From Rickettsiales bacterium (lineage in GTDB: Bacteria > Pseudomonadota > Alphaproteobacteria > Rickettsiales > JABSSG01), in NCBI GenBank assembly GCA_013214525.1, contig JABSSG010000001.1:18514-82513 (forward strand): a stretch of DNA of 64,000 nt, in the 5' to 3' direction. The position numbers were made by a program, and so were the translations under genes. A model generated the notes under the pieces. That model searched no databases. It was not told the origin of the DNA and saw only the letters and a program-made list of their open reading frames with translations. Positions 1 to 9,914 of the stretch are shown piece by piece (the first letter of the stretch is position 1; every line of letters begins with the position of its first letter).

Positions 1-476
1 CAGTAATGACAGAATTCAATATCACTAGTGCATTAGCAATTATGGCAATTACTTTTTCGCCATTAGCATGGGCTCTATATGATGTAGTAGTTAAAACTCA
101 ATCTAAAGATCACTGGGAAAAACAAACATATCTTAATTTTTTACTGATATCAATACTCACATGTCCCTTTACTTTCATTGATTGGAAACCGTTAGACACT
201 CATATAATTTCTGTAATTATCTTAATAGGGTTCCTATATATTATAATGGAAATTACTTTAGCAAGTGCATTACAAAGAATACCTTTAGTACTTGCTGCCC
301 CCATAGATTTTGTAAGAGTAGTTTTTACAGCTATTCTTGCATATATTTTCTTAGGAGAAACAATTACATTAACTACATCAATAGGATGTATTTTAATTAT
401 AACAGCAATTTTAGTTATATTCCTTAAAACTCCTAGAAAAAAGGAAAACCAATTAAATGTAGAAGAACCTACCTAA
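1..476 (+). CDS. EamA/DMT-family permease, C-terminal half (5' end lies outside the window)
   Basis: ORF 6..476 stays open to the window edge. It has about five hydrophobic helices and a size consistent with a second EamA repeat. Family call is by eye only. Confidence 0.5.
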   Translation, partial: VMTEFNITSALAIMAITFSPLAWALYDVVVKTQSKDHWEKQTYLNFLLISILTCPFTFIDWKPLDTHIISVIILIGFLYIIMEITLASALQRIPLVLAAPIDFVRVVFTAILAYIFLGETITLTTSIGCILIITAILVIFLKTPRKKENQLNVEEPT

Positions 477-1467
477 TTTGCATCTTTATAATAATAAAGT
501 TAGCCACTAAAAAGAGTATATAAACTCCAAATAAAATTAATCCTTCTCTAATATTCATCTCTCTATTACTGTGATAAAAAATAACAAATAATATGAGTAT
601 TATTGCCAAAAATATTGCTAATAAAAAAAAGGAATAATCAATAGGAAACTCAATAGGCTTGATAAGAGCAAGGATTCCCAGCATTAATACATTTGCTAAC
701 GCAGAACCTATCAAACTATTCAAAGAAAGCTCTGGAATTTTTTTATACCATGATGCTATTATAATCGTTATTTCAGGCAAGTTTGTTCCTATTGAAAAAA
801 CTATAATCCCAAGCAATAACTGGTTTATTTTGAGCTGCGTAAGTAAACTAATTGTTATCATAAGAATCCAACTTGAGAGTAATACTATAAGTATTAATCC
901 AACCAAAGAAAGAGATAACACTCTAATTGTTGAATACATTTGTATTTCTTCTCGAATTGTTTTGATAGACTCCGTACTTAAATGTCCACAAGACACATAA
1001 TAAACAACTCCTAGATATAGCCCTATCATTATTACGCCATCCCAAAACCCATATTTACCAGTTAACCCCAGTATTATAGGAGAAAAAATAACTATAGCCT
1101 CAGGAACAACATTTCTTAATCTACCATCAGTAGTAATTTTCTTATTGAGAACTAACCCAAAACCCAATATCACACCAAAAAGTACAGGAATCCCACCAAG
1201 CAAGTTACCAACTGCAATTGGAGCAACATTATTAAAAATAGCATGCACTCCAACAGCAAATTCTGGTAAAGTAGTAATTAAAGCAAGCAAAATCCCCATT
1301 GCAAAAAATTTAATCTGCAATATTGAAGCAAGACGTTTAACGTTTTTAACAGTAATATTTGCAGCTACGCCTAACAACCAAAATAATAATACTAAAGCTA
1401 AACTATTGACAAGAATTGTCACAACTCCCCTCTGTATAATACTCTTATTACACTGAAAAGCTTTCAA
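469..1467 (-). CDS. Ca2+/Na+ antiporter of the CaCA (YrbG-like) family
   Basis: 332-aa polytopic protein with two alpha-repeat-like motifs (GNLLGGIPVLFG and GTNLPEITIIIAS ... GSALANVLMLG). Confidence 0.7.
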   Translation of the reverse strand: MKAFQCNKSIIQRGVVTILVNSLALVLLFWLLGVAANITVKNVKRLASILQIKFFAMGILLALITTLPEFAVGVHAIFNNVAPIAVGNLLGGIPVLFGVILGFGLVLNKKITTDGRLRNVVPEAIVIFSPIILGLTGKYGFWDGVIMIGLYLGVVYYVSCGHLSTESIKTIREEIQMYSTIRVLSLSLVGLILIVLLSSWILMITISLLTQLKINQLLLGIIVFSIGTNLPEITIIIASWYKKIPELSLNSLIGSALANVLMLGILALIKPIEFPIDYSFFLLAIFLAIILILFVIFYHSNREMNIREGLILFGVYILFLVANFIIIKMQIR

Positions 1468-1486
1468 ATGTAATAATTATATTTTA

Positions 1487-2497
1487 TCATACAGTTTCTA
1501 AACATGCCAACGCTTGCTCAACTAATTCTGTTATTATTTCTTCTGTGGACTGCTCTTTGGTGATGAGCCCAACACTCTGTCCTGCCATTAAAGAACCATT
1601 ATCTATATCACCATCAATTACTGCTTTTTTTAGAGCACCTGCCCAAAACTTTTCTATTGCAAGCTGTGCGTCTAGTTTACTTAATTCACCATTTTTATAT
1701 TTTTCAATAGAATCTACTTGAACCTTCAAAAAATCATTTGTAGCTTTATTTGCAATAGCTCTCACAGGTATCACTGGAAAACTAGCGTCAACTTGAATTG
1801 AAGTTACCGCAGCTCTAGAACTTGATTTTATAAAAACTTCTTTAAAATTTGGATGAGCTTTTGATTCATATGCACAAACAAATCTAGTGCCAAGTTGACA
1901 ACCTGCAGCTCCCATTCTTAAATAATTTAAAATAACCTCTCCTCTACCAATACCTCCAGCTACAAACACAGGTATTTGTTTTATATTTAATAAAATTTCC
2001 TGTACTAAAACAGAAGTAGAAACTGGTCCGATATGTCCTCCTGCTTCCATTCCTTCAATAATAAGAGCATCTACACCATTTTTGACGAGCCTTTCTGCTA
2101 GACCTAATGATGGAGCAAAACATAATACCTTAGCTCCACCCAATTTTATTTTTTGAATCATAGAAGCTTTAGGCAACCCTCCAGCAAGAATAATATGTCC
2201 TACATTTTCTTGTAGACACATATCAATTAGCTTTGAGATATCGGGATGCATTGTAATTAAGTTAACTCCAAATGGCTTTGAGGTTTTCTCCTTTGTTTGT
2301 TGAATCTCATTACGTAACTGATCTACATTTAAAGAACCACAAGCAAGAACTCCAAACCCACCAGCATTAGAAACTGCTGAAACTAAATTATGTTCAGACA
2401 CCCACGACATAGCACCACACATTATTGCATATTTAGTACCTAAAAACTTTATTCCTTTTTCCCATAGTTTATCTAGTAAAACAGTTGATGTATTCAT
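1487..2497 (-). CDS. NAD(P)H-dependent flavin oxidoreductase (nitronate monooxygenase / FabK-like)
   Basis: Motifs GGFGVLA, EGMEAGGHIG and FVAGGIGRG fit the TIM-barrel NPD family. The start is moved to the ATG at 2497 because the track's GTG start at 2527 lies inside a repeat. Confidence 0.7.
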   Translation of the reverse strand: MNTSTVLLDKLWEKGIKFLGTKYAIMCGAMSWVSEHNLVSAVSNAGGFGVLACGSLNVDQLRNEIQQTKEKTSKPFGVNLITMHPDISKLIDMCLQENVGHIILAGGLPKASMIQKIKLGGAKVLCFAPSLGLAERLVKNGVDALIIEGMEAGGHIGPVSTSVLVQEILLNIKQIPVFVAGGIGRGEVILNYLRMGAAGCQLGTRFVCAYESKAHPNFKEVFIKSSSRAAVTSIQVDASFPVIPVRAIANKATNDFLKVQVDSIEKYKNGELSKLDAQLAIEKFWAGALKKAVIDGDIDNGSLMAGQSVGLITKEQSTEEIITELVEQALACLETV

Positions 2498-2519
2498 ATA
2501 TATATTCAATTTATTTTGT

Positions 2520-2699
2520 AACCCCACAATGAATTAAAAAAACATTATGCTTGTCCCCATGAAAATGGGGATATAGGCTGTTTTTGCTACAAATTAGCAC
2601 TTTTTTCTTGAAATAGCTAGGCTATTCCATCATAAAAACTACTAATTTTCGCTAAAAATATCCTAAAAATCTAAAATTCTCCTAATTCATTATGGGGTT
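2520..2699. repeat. Palindromic element, family C (full copy with nested CCCCAT-GAAA-ATGGGG hairpin at 2555..2570)
   Basis: Inverted termini AACCCCACAATGAATTA / TAATTCATTATGGGGTT. The internal sequence is shared with 44876..44985, 48777..48937 and 61665..61807. Confidence 0.8.
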
Positions 2700-3907
2700 A
2701 TAAAAAATTTATGTAGAACTTGCATTGCTGTAATTACATCCTTTTTATGCACAAAAATGCTAAGTTTAATTTCTGAGCTGGAAAGCAATAATATCTCAAT
2801 TTTTTTCTCCGCAAGGATTGCTAATGCATTTCTAATAGTTTCAGGATAACTTTGTATGCCACTTCCTATTAACGAAACTCTACTCACTTCTTCATTAACA
2901 GTAATCTTACCACATTCTACAGATTTTTGACACTCTCTAAGTAATTTTTTTAAACTGCTAAGTTTAGAATATAATACAGTAAATGTGAAAGATGTCTGAT
3001 CTTGAGTAAAATTCTTTATAATTAAATCAGTACTTACTTTATTTGTTCCAAATAAAGATATTAAATTTTCTACTTCTTGCAATGTAGAAATCCCAACAAC
3101 AGAAACTAGAGCTTCATTAGTGCTATGTGTTATAGCTGTTATAACATTGTCTTTTGTAACTTCTACTTTTTCTATAAGAGTTGTACCAGAACTTTCAGTA
3201 AAACTTGGCATTATTTTTGTTGGAATCTTATATCTCATAGCAATTTCCACTGCTCTAGAATGTAATACTCTAGCACCGCCCGAAGATAATTCAAGCATTT
3301 CTGCATATGAAATAAAATCAAGCTTTTTTGCTTCTCCTATTATGCACGGATCAGCCGTAAAAATCCCTGTCACTTCTTTAAATAAATCACATCTGGATGC
3401 AGATATAGCAGCAGCAATAGCTAAAGCTGTTACATCAGTTCCCCCTCTCCCTAAAGTTGTTATCCGATTATTCTCATTTATAGACTGAAATCCAGCAACC
3501 ACAGGAATCTCACCTCTATTTAAAGACTCATAAATTCTTTGCGTAGCCACATGTGTTATTCTAGCCTCACCAAATGAAGAATCACTTTTCAGAGGAATTT
3601 GCCATGCTAACCATGACCTTGCCTTAAAACCTAAATCTTGTAATGCTAGTGCAAGCAATGCAGAAGAGATTTGCTCGCCTGCTGAAACCACTGTATCACA
3701 TTCCATTAATTGTGAATCCTGATAAAGACAATTAGTAATCTCTCTTGTTTTTTTTACTAAACTATCTGTTACATGAGCCATCGCAGAAACCACAGCTACC
3801 ACTGCAGATTGTTTCTGCCATTCTTTTGCTATTATAGATGCAACTTGTTTTATACAATCAGCTGTTTTAACAGAAGCACCACCAAATTTTTGTACAACTA
3901 TATCCAT
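2690..3907 (-). CDS. lysC: Aspartate kinase
   Basis: N-terminal VQKFGGASV motif, a kinase core, and two C-terminal ACT-like regions. Confidence 0.9.
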   Translation of the reverse strand: MDIVVQKFGGASVKTADCIKQVASIIAKEWQKQSAVVAVVSAMAHVTDSLVKKTREITNCLYQDSQLMECDTVVSAGEQISSALLALALQDLGFKARSWLAWQIPLKSDSSFGEARITHVATQRIYESLNRGEIPVVAGFQSINENNRITTLGRGGTDVTALAIAAAISASRCDLFKEVTGIFTADPCIIGEAKKLDFISYAEMLELSSGGARVLHSRAVEIAMRYKIPTKIMPSFTESSGTTLIEKVEVTKDNVITAITHSTNEALVSVVGISTLQEVENLISLFGTNKVSTDLIIKNFTQDQTSFTFTVLYSKLSSLKKLLRECQKSVECGKITVNEEVSRVSLIGSGIQSYPETIRNALAILAEKKIEILLLSSSEIKLSIFVHKKDVITAMQVLHKFFITP

Positions 3908-3976
3908 ATATGAAGAAAAGATATCACAAATGAAAAACTAAAGCAATTTTCTTAAATCTATTGAATTTAAATCACT

Positions 3977-5272
3977 TCATATGTCTTCTCCTTGAGAGTG
4001 TTCAGATCCATTGCTATTGTCACCTATCAAAATTGTTTCAGCTTCTTCTATAGAATCTGGTATATTACATTCACCTTCGTTATTAGTATTAATAAACCAT
4101 TCTTTAAATATCTCTTCATTAGATTTTAAGATCGGATAAATAGCTTTCCATCCATTTAGTAGTGCCATCAATCCTATAAAGGCTTTATGGTTAGTTACAG
4201 CTAATGTCACTCCAAATACAGCAGCTACACCTGTCATTGATTCTACCAAATGATCTTCCATAACAAATTTATAACTATCTATCCACATTTCCTCTATCAG
4301 TTCTCTGTAGCTATATATAGTAATAATCCCTATACCCATTGCGGCTCCTATTGCCGATCCTATTAGACCATATCCTAGAGTTCCTGTTGTTATTGCTTGT
4401 ATTACTAATGAGCCTTCTGTTGCTATTTTTGTGACTGCTGTTCCCAGAACTAATGTGTCTACTGCTGATACTCCTGTTGCTATCGTCCCTGTTATTGATG
4501 ATGCTTTAATCGATATAGTTCCTGCTACTGCAGTTACCGTTTCATATATTTGAACTCCAATTCCTGATGCTACTGCTGCTCCTACACCCCCTCCTAACAT
4601 GAAGCCTCCTATTACCACTAAAGAAGCTGTAGGGTTATTTAGAACAAATTCATATGATGAAACTATGGTGTCCCAAGTCCAATTCAGTCCATATTTAATA
4701 TTTGCTGCACCAGAAGAAACTTGATCAGTAATGGACTCTACATATTTCCTAGGATTATTGTAAGCTGCATAACCTGCTGCAAATGTTGTAGCTGCTGCTC
4801 CCCATATTGCTCCAACTACCACCCCACTAATCGCTTGAACTAAAATCCCTCCACCAACACTATGGGACACTCCGACTACTCCCCCCATCATTATTGAAGA
4901 AATAATGTAATGTTCTTTTGCAGCATCCCAAACTGAAGAACTCCAAGACTGTATCTTACCCCAATGATAATGTGCCACACAACCCATCGTACTCGTCAAT
5001 AACCCTGACACTCCACTTACTAATGCAGAATTTACAGGTGAGTAATCGATATTATAACCATAACTTGCTCCTATTACTGCAAATGAAAAAACAGATGCAA
5101 ATACTATTTTAGAATATCCTGAGTGATTTGCTGCAGAATACCCAATTTCATATAATTTACTTTTTGTATCATTCCATGCACTACCATTTACAATATATTC
5201 ATACTCCAAATATACTGTAGATTTTAGTGATTCATAATGAGAAGAACTATAATTGCTAAAAACTTGTGACAT
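3977..5272 (-). CDS. Hypothetical Gly/Ala-rich polytopic membrane protein with acidic C-terminal tail
   Basis: 431-aa ORF with many GxxxG/A glycine-zipper-like hydrophobic segments. I recognised no family. Confidence 0.55.
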   Translation of the reverse strand: MSQVFSNYSSSHYESLKSTVYLEYEYIVNGSAWNDTKSKLYEIGYSAANHSGYSKIVFASVFSFAVIGASYGYNIDYSPVNSALVSGVSGLLTSTMGCVAHYHWGKIQSWSSSVWDAAKEHYIISSIMMGGVVGVSHSVGGGILVQAISGVVVGAIWGAAATTFAAGYAAYNNPRKYVESITDQVSSGAANIKYGLNWTWDTIVSSYEFVLNNPTASLVVIGGFMLGGGVGAAVASGIGVQIYETVTAVAGTISIKASSITGTIATGVSAVDTLVLGTAVTKIATEGSLVIQAITTGTLGYGLIGSAIGAAMGIGIITIYSYRELIEEMWIDSYKFVMEDHLVESMTGVAAVFGVTLAVTNHKAFIGLMALLNGWKAIYPILKSNEEIFKEWFINTNNEGECNIPDSIEEAETILIGDNSNGSEHSQGEDI

Positions 5273-5338
5273 ACCCTCTACCTTAAAATTTTGAATTTAC
5301 TATTCTATCAAAACTTATGCTATACAAAAGTAAAAAAG

Positions 5339-7231
5339 TTAATTATGTCTACTGCTAAATATAATAGCAATATCCTTAAAATTTTTTTCAAGATCCTTTT
5401 TAAACTTTAAAAACTCTGGTGTTTTAATTTCTTCATTAGGGATAATATTTTTATATATAATCAAATTATATTCTATATGTAAATCTTTCCCCTTAATATT
5501 ACATTTACGACTAACATATAACCACGGACTTTTAATTTCTTTATTTAATACCTTTATGTTTTTTACTTTTACATTTTTAATAATAATATTTCTTTGAGAA
5601 GAAAAAGGTCTAGAACTTATAAAAATATCCTGAACATAATATTCTGGTATATCAAAAAATGTTTTCAATACACTAAAAGAAAACAATTCCCATGCAGACC
5701 CAAGGTTAGTTTTTAACAATGCATTTTCAATTTTATATGCATATTTAATTTTTGTATCTTTAACAATACGAGATTTTAAGTTTGGTACATCTATGCTTAA
5801 CTTATTCTGCTCTTCTAAATCTTTACCACTTAACCAACTAAAAATACCATCCTCAATTGTCTTCTTCGTAGCATGTAATCCCATACCTGCAACCATTAAA
5901 GCCCTTTCGTTTCTTAAGGTTAATTGACCCTTTTCCATAATTTCATCACCATCTAAAATATTAATCTTATAGTTTAAAATAGACGATGCGTGTTTAGGGT
6001 CTACATTAGGAATTTTTTCATAACTTGACTTTTTAGTATCAAGCACAAGCACTTTTTTACCTGCAACATCAGGAAAAACACCATCTGCCATACTGACAAA
6101 ATTTGTTGGGTCTATCCAACGTATTTTACCCTGTTTATTGACTACTTTTACCATGGCATGATTAAATGCTCCCATATTTGGCAAGGAATCAGGATAAAAA
6201 TTACCAACTCCTCTTCTAACAAGAACTATTTGTGTTTTATAACCCATCTTAGCTAAAATAGCAGCAGTTGCTGAGGCAAAATCTTTACAATCGCCTAACT
6301 GAGTTTTACTCATTTTAGCAAGACCTCTTGGAAACAATCTTCCTTCCACAGAACGCCAATCTCCTATATATTGAATTTTATCATTTAGTAATGATGTAAC
6401 TATATTTATTTGATCTATTTCATGTTTCTTCTTAGCAGCTTTATCTGCTATTTTTTTAAAAGCTTGAGGTAATTTCTCTTTAAAAATTTTTGTATATCCC
6501 TTAATACTAACACTGTTACCCAAATCAGACCAGTTTTTCAAACTAGAAACAGAAACATAAGTAAGATGTTTATTATTCAAAATATTATTGCTAGGTTCAC
6601 TCATTACCGATGTATACAGCGGTTTAGTCAAACTAATCTCTAATTTATGAAAATCATCATCTCTATCTTTAGTGATTTTTAAGACTTTTTTTGGATCATT
6701 TACTAATATATGAAGAGGTATTTTAGAATATAACTTTACATTTTCCCTTTCTACAAATTCACCAGCACCAAAAGAAAATAATTCCCCATAAAAATCTTTA
6801 AGTTCTGGCTTTATATTATATGTTTTATACTTTAAGTATATTTTTGCACCAATTTCTGGTTTTAGAAAAGCGATTAAAACCTGTCTCTTTTGTGAAAAAC
6901 CATGTGAAGCACTAGCTAAAGGTTTATCTTCTATATGCTCGCTTTTTACTTTATATTCTTTACCTTGATAAGTTGTTTTAGCTTCAATAACTTTTACTTT
7001 AGAATTACCAGCATCATAACTTAAGATATAACGACCAGCAATAGAACGTCCTGACTCCTTTAATATCTCAGCTTCCATTTCAAATATCCCTTCAGCTTTA
7101 CCTTCTTCATCAATATTAATCTCAGCAGACCGTGATAACTTAACTGAAGCATCATCAAAACTAGCCCATCTTGCATATGCAGGATTAATACAAACCAAAA
7201 AAATTATTACAAAAAAAACTAAATTTCTCAT
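5339..7231 (-). CDS. Secreted protein with transglutaminase-like cysteine-protease core (DUF3857-like N-terminal region)
   Basis: Signal peptide MRNLVFFVIIFLVCINPAYA. The LGDCKDFASATAAILAKMGY motif is typical of the transglutaminase-like Cys core, with downstream HAMV and D residues. Confidence 0.6.
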   Translation of the reverse strand: MRNLVFFVIIFLVCINPAYARWASFDDASVKLSRSAEINIDEEGKAEGIFEMEAEILKESGRSIAGRYILSYDAGNSKVKVIEAKTTYQGKEYKVKSEHIEDKPLASASHGFSQKRQVLIAFLKPEIGAKIYLKYKTYNIKPELKDFYGELFSFGAGEFVERENVKLYSKIPLHILVNDPKKVLKITKDRDDDFHKLEISLTKPLYTSVMSEPSNNILNNKHLTYVSVSSLKNWSDLGNSVSIKGYTKIFKEKLPQAFKKIADKAAKKKHEIDQINIVTSLLNDKIQYIGDWRSVEGRLFPRGLAKMSKTQLGDCKDFASATAAILAKMGYKTQIVLVRRGVGNFYPDSLPNMGAFNHAMVKVVNKQGKIRWIDPTNFVSMADGVFPDVAGKKVLVLDTKKSSYEKIPNVDPKHASSILNYKINILDGDEIMEKGQLTLRNERALMVAGMGLHATKKTIEDGIFSWLSGKDLEEQNKLSIDVPNLKSRIVKDTKIKYAYKIENALLKTNLGSAWELFSFSVLKTFFDIPEYYVQDIFISSRPFSSQRNIIIKNVKVKNIKVLNKEIKSPWLYVSRKCNIKGKDLHIEYNLIIYKNIIPNEEIKTPEFLKFKKDLEKNFKDIAIIFSSRHN

Positions 7232-7248
7232 AAGCTAAGCCAATTAAA

Positions 7249-8229
7249 TTAAATATTATTCTTTCTAATATCAAGATAGCTAAAAGCAAGCTCTGTTAAC
7301 ATTCTACCACGAGGAGTACGATGAATAAAACCTTGCTGAATTAAATAAGGCTCGGTAGTTTCTTCAAGCGAGTCTTTATGTTCAGATAAAGCCGTAGCAA
7401 TAGTTTCAATACCCACAGGACCACCTTTATATTTTTCTGCTATAAATTTTAAATATTTATAGTCATTAGCATCAAGACCATATTGATCCACTTCTAATTT
7501 GGAAAGTGCATCACGTGCCATTTCTTGATCAATTAGTTTCTGATTGCTACATTGCGTAAAATCGGCTACACGCCTTAGTAACCGCAATGCTATTCTCGGA
7601 GTACCTCGAGATCGCTTAGCAATCTCCATACTACCTCCGTCATCTAGTTTTATACCTAATGTTTTTACACTATTTTTAAGAATAAATTTAAGATCTTCCA
7701 ATTCATAAAAATTTAATTTCAATGGTATGCCAAATCTTTCACGTAGAGGTTTACTAACTAAACCAATACGAGTAGTAGCACCTATCAAAGTAAACTTAGC
7801 AATATTAATGGTAACAGTTCGTGCAGCAGGACCTTCACCTATTATTAAGTCTAATTTATAATCTTCCATAGCAGGATATAATACTTCTTCAACCGCAATA
7901 TTAAGTCTATGTATTTCATCAATAAAAAATACATCTCCTTTTTGTAAATTTGTAAGGATAGCAGCAACATCAGCAGCTTTGGTAAGTAAAGGACCAGAAC
8001 TAGTTTTAAAATTTACTCCCATCTCTCTTGCTATGATTTGTGCCATTGAGGTTTTACCAAGACCAGCTGGTCCAGATAACAAAACATGATCAAGTGATGA
8101 CCCTCTATTTTTTGCAGCCTTAATAAAAATTTTTAGGTTATTCTTTATCTGTTCTTGACCAATAAATCTCTCCAATGACAAAGGTCTAACAGTATTTTCA
8201 ATAATATTTTCTTGATTTGTATCTTCCAT
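7249..8229 (-). CDS. ruvB: Holliday junction DNA helicase RuvB
   Basis: Walker [18 protein letters not shown] motif, full-length 326 aa. Confidence 0.95.
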   Translation of the reverse strand: MEDTNQENIIENTVRPLSLERFIGQEQIKNNLKIFIKAAKNRGSSLDHVLLSGPAGLGKTSMAQIIAREMGVNFKTSSGPLLTKAADVAAILTNLQKGDVFFIDEIHRLNIAVEEVLYPAMEDYKLDLIIGEGPAARTVTINIAKFTLIGATTRIGLVSKPLRERFGIPLKLNFYELEDLKFILKNSVKTLGIKLDDGGSMEIAKRSRGTPRIALRLLRRVADFTQCSNQKLIDQEMARDALSKLEVDQYGLDANDYKYLKFIAEKYKGGPVGIETIATALSEHKDSLEETTEPYLIQQGFIHRTPRGRMLTELAFSYLDIRKNNI

Positions 8230-8238
8230 TATAAAATT

Positions 8239-8850
8239 CTATTTTACTGCCATCTTATTTAATGCTGATTTAATAATTTCATTAAGATTATAATGAGGAA
8301 ATTCTGAAATTATACTAGAAACAAGTTCAAATGCTTCTGACTTCCTAATTCCTAAATTGATAAGAACAGAAACTGCATCATTTCTTATACTCTTAACTTC
8401 ACTAAAATTAGTACCACTATGGTCTTCAGATATTTGTTCAGTAAAATCACTTATAAATTTTCTATCTCTTAACTCAGCAAATATACGATCAACCATTTTA
8501 GGACCAATGCCGCTAATATCACCAAACACTTTTCTATCCTTCATATTAACAGCTATACAAAACTGATCTGGCGTTAATTTACTCAAAATCTGCATAGCCA
8601 TTTTAGGCCCAATACCTTTAACTGTAGTAGCAGCAAGAAAACATTCTTTCTCTTGTTTCGTTGTAAAACCATAAAGAGCAATGGATTCCTCACGAACACA
8701 TGTTTCTATAAATAAAGATATAACATCATCTAATGTAATATTGGATAAAGTTTTAGCAGAACAATGAACTAAATACCCAACTCCATTTACATCTACAATA
8801 ATATGCTCATTCTCAATTGATTCAATCTTACCTTTTAATTTTCCAAACAT
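8239..8850 (-). CDS. ruvA: Holliday junction DNA helicase RuvA
   Basis: 203 aa with GVGY and tandem HhH motifs (GIGPKMA, GIGPKMV); lies directly upstream of ruvB. Confidence 0.9.
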   Translation of the reverse strand: MFGKLKGKIESIENEHIIVDVNGVGYLVHCSAKTLSNITLDDVISLFIETCVREESIALYGFTTKQEKECFLAATTVKGIGPKMAMQILSKLTPDQFCIAVNMKDRKVFGDISGIGPKMVDRIFAELRDRKFISDFTEQISEDHSGTNFSEVKSIRNDAVSVLINLGIRKSEAFELVSSIISEFPHYNLNEIIKSALNKMAVK

Positions 8851-8871
8851 AGAAATTTATCCTTTGTATTC

Positions 8872-9035
8872 TATACTAATAGTACTTGAAGAATCGTAGT
8901 TTTAAAGACAGAAAATGGAATTAATATCAAGTTTAAAAATTCGCAAATATCATTGATATTTAAGACATTTTTAAATGAAGATAGTAGTTTCATTTTCAAA
9001 CTCAAAAACCGGAGGCTTCAGGTATGATTAGTATA
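8872..9035. repeat. Palindromic element, family A (RPE-like, full copy)
   Basis: Inverted arms TATACTAATAGTACTTGAAGAATCGTAGTTTTAAAG / CTCAAAAACCGGAGGCTTCAGGTATGATTAGTATA. The core is shared with 12164..12327, 12893..13060 and 20357..20511. Confidence 0.85.
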
Positions 9036-9116
9036 CCCTAATTTTAAGATAAAAATACCTACATAAGAAGAGATTAATTTAAAAAGATTCATAACTGGGG
9101 TGCAAGATACAAATTA

Positions 9117-9193
9117 TGGGGCGAATGACCGGTTTTGAACCGGCGACCCCCAGATCCACAATCTGGTGCTCTAACCAACTGAGCTACATTCGC
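9117..9193 (-). tRNA. tRNA-His (anticodon GUG), with G-1 and encoded CCA
   Basis: Cloverleaf folded by hand: extra 5' G pairing with the discriminator C, anticodon loop TTGTGGA, T-loop GGTTCAAAACC. Confidence 0.9.
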
Positions 9194-9299
9194 CATATAA
9201 GCAACTAATCTGAACATTATTAGAAAGCACTAAATTAGTCAAGAGGTTGCAAAGATAATAAATTCAGGCTAGTGTACTTAACACAAATAAATTATAGAT

Positions 9300-9914
9300 A
9301 TGTTTAAAGACTTAATAGGACAAACCATAGAAACATTTCAATTGAAAATTCTAACAATCAATCCATGTTATAAAACTCTTTTGAGTCAATATAAACACTC
9401 ATCTTGGAATTTTATTCTTAAAAACCATCAGTATAACATCCTATTATGGGATGAAGAAGACTTAGCAAGAAGAAGAGAAGTCGCAGATAGTGAAATAGCA
9501 AAAAATAAAAGGAACATAGATCAATATAATCAAAAAAGAAATGATTATATTGAAAAAATTGATGAAGCTATTATTGAGTCTATTCCAACAAGTCATAAAT
9601 TTAAAACAAATGCATGGGTAAATAGCGAAACAGCTGGTTCTATCATAGATCGAATGTCTATTAACGCATTACGAATTTTCAACATGAAAAAAAAGATTTA
9701 TGAAGAAGATAACATTATCGCCTCTATCAAGGAAGATTGTAAAATCAAACTAAATACCTTAAACCACCAAAGAACACATTTAAATATATGTTTTGATAAT
9801 CTACTTACAGCTATTGTAAAAGGAGAAGCAATATTTAAAACATACAAACAATTTAAAATGTACAACGATCCTAACTTGAATCCATATTTAAACTTTGATA
9901 AAAAACACGCTTAA
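9300..9914 (+). CDS. Hypothetical protein (possibly DUF4254 family)
   Basis: 204 aa with an HQYNILLWDEEDLARR motif like the LWxxED motif I recall for DUF4254. It overlaps the start of the following GT9 gene by 20 nt. Confidence 0.45.
   Translation: MFKDLIGQTIETFQLKILTINPCYKTLLSQYKHSSWNFILKNHQYNILLWDEEDLARRREVADSEIAKNKRNIDQYNQKRNDYIEKIDEAIIESIPTSHKFKTNAWVNSETAGSIIDRMSINALRIFNMKKKIYEEDNIIASIKEDCKIKLNTLNHQRTHLNICFDNLLTAIVKGEAIFKTYKQFKMYNDPNLNPYLNFDKKHA

Noticed and set aside
659-1456. Antisense ORFs inside the CaCA antiporter gene (659..1000, 1145..1456). Similar shadow ORFs lie inside clpB (14977..16482), the P-type ATPase (38245..40371), thrS, yidC and others.
   Set aside because: They lie opposite or out of frame within long ORFs that have clear family motifs. 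Their products are low-complexity and have no recognisable features. This is typical of AT-rich shadow ORFs.
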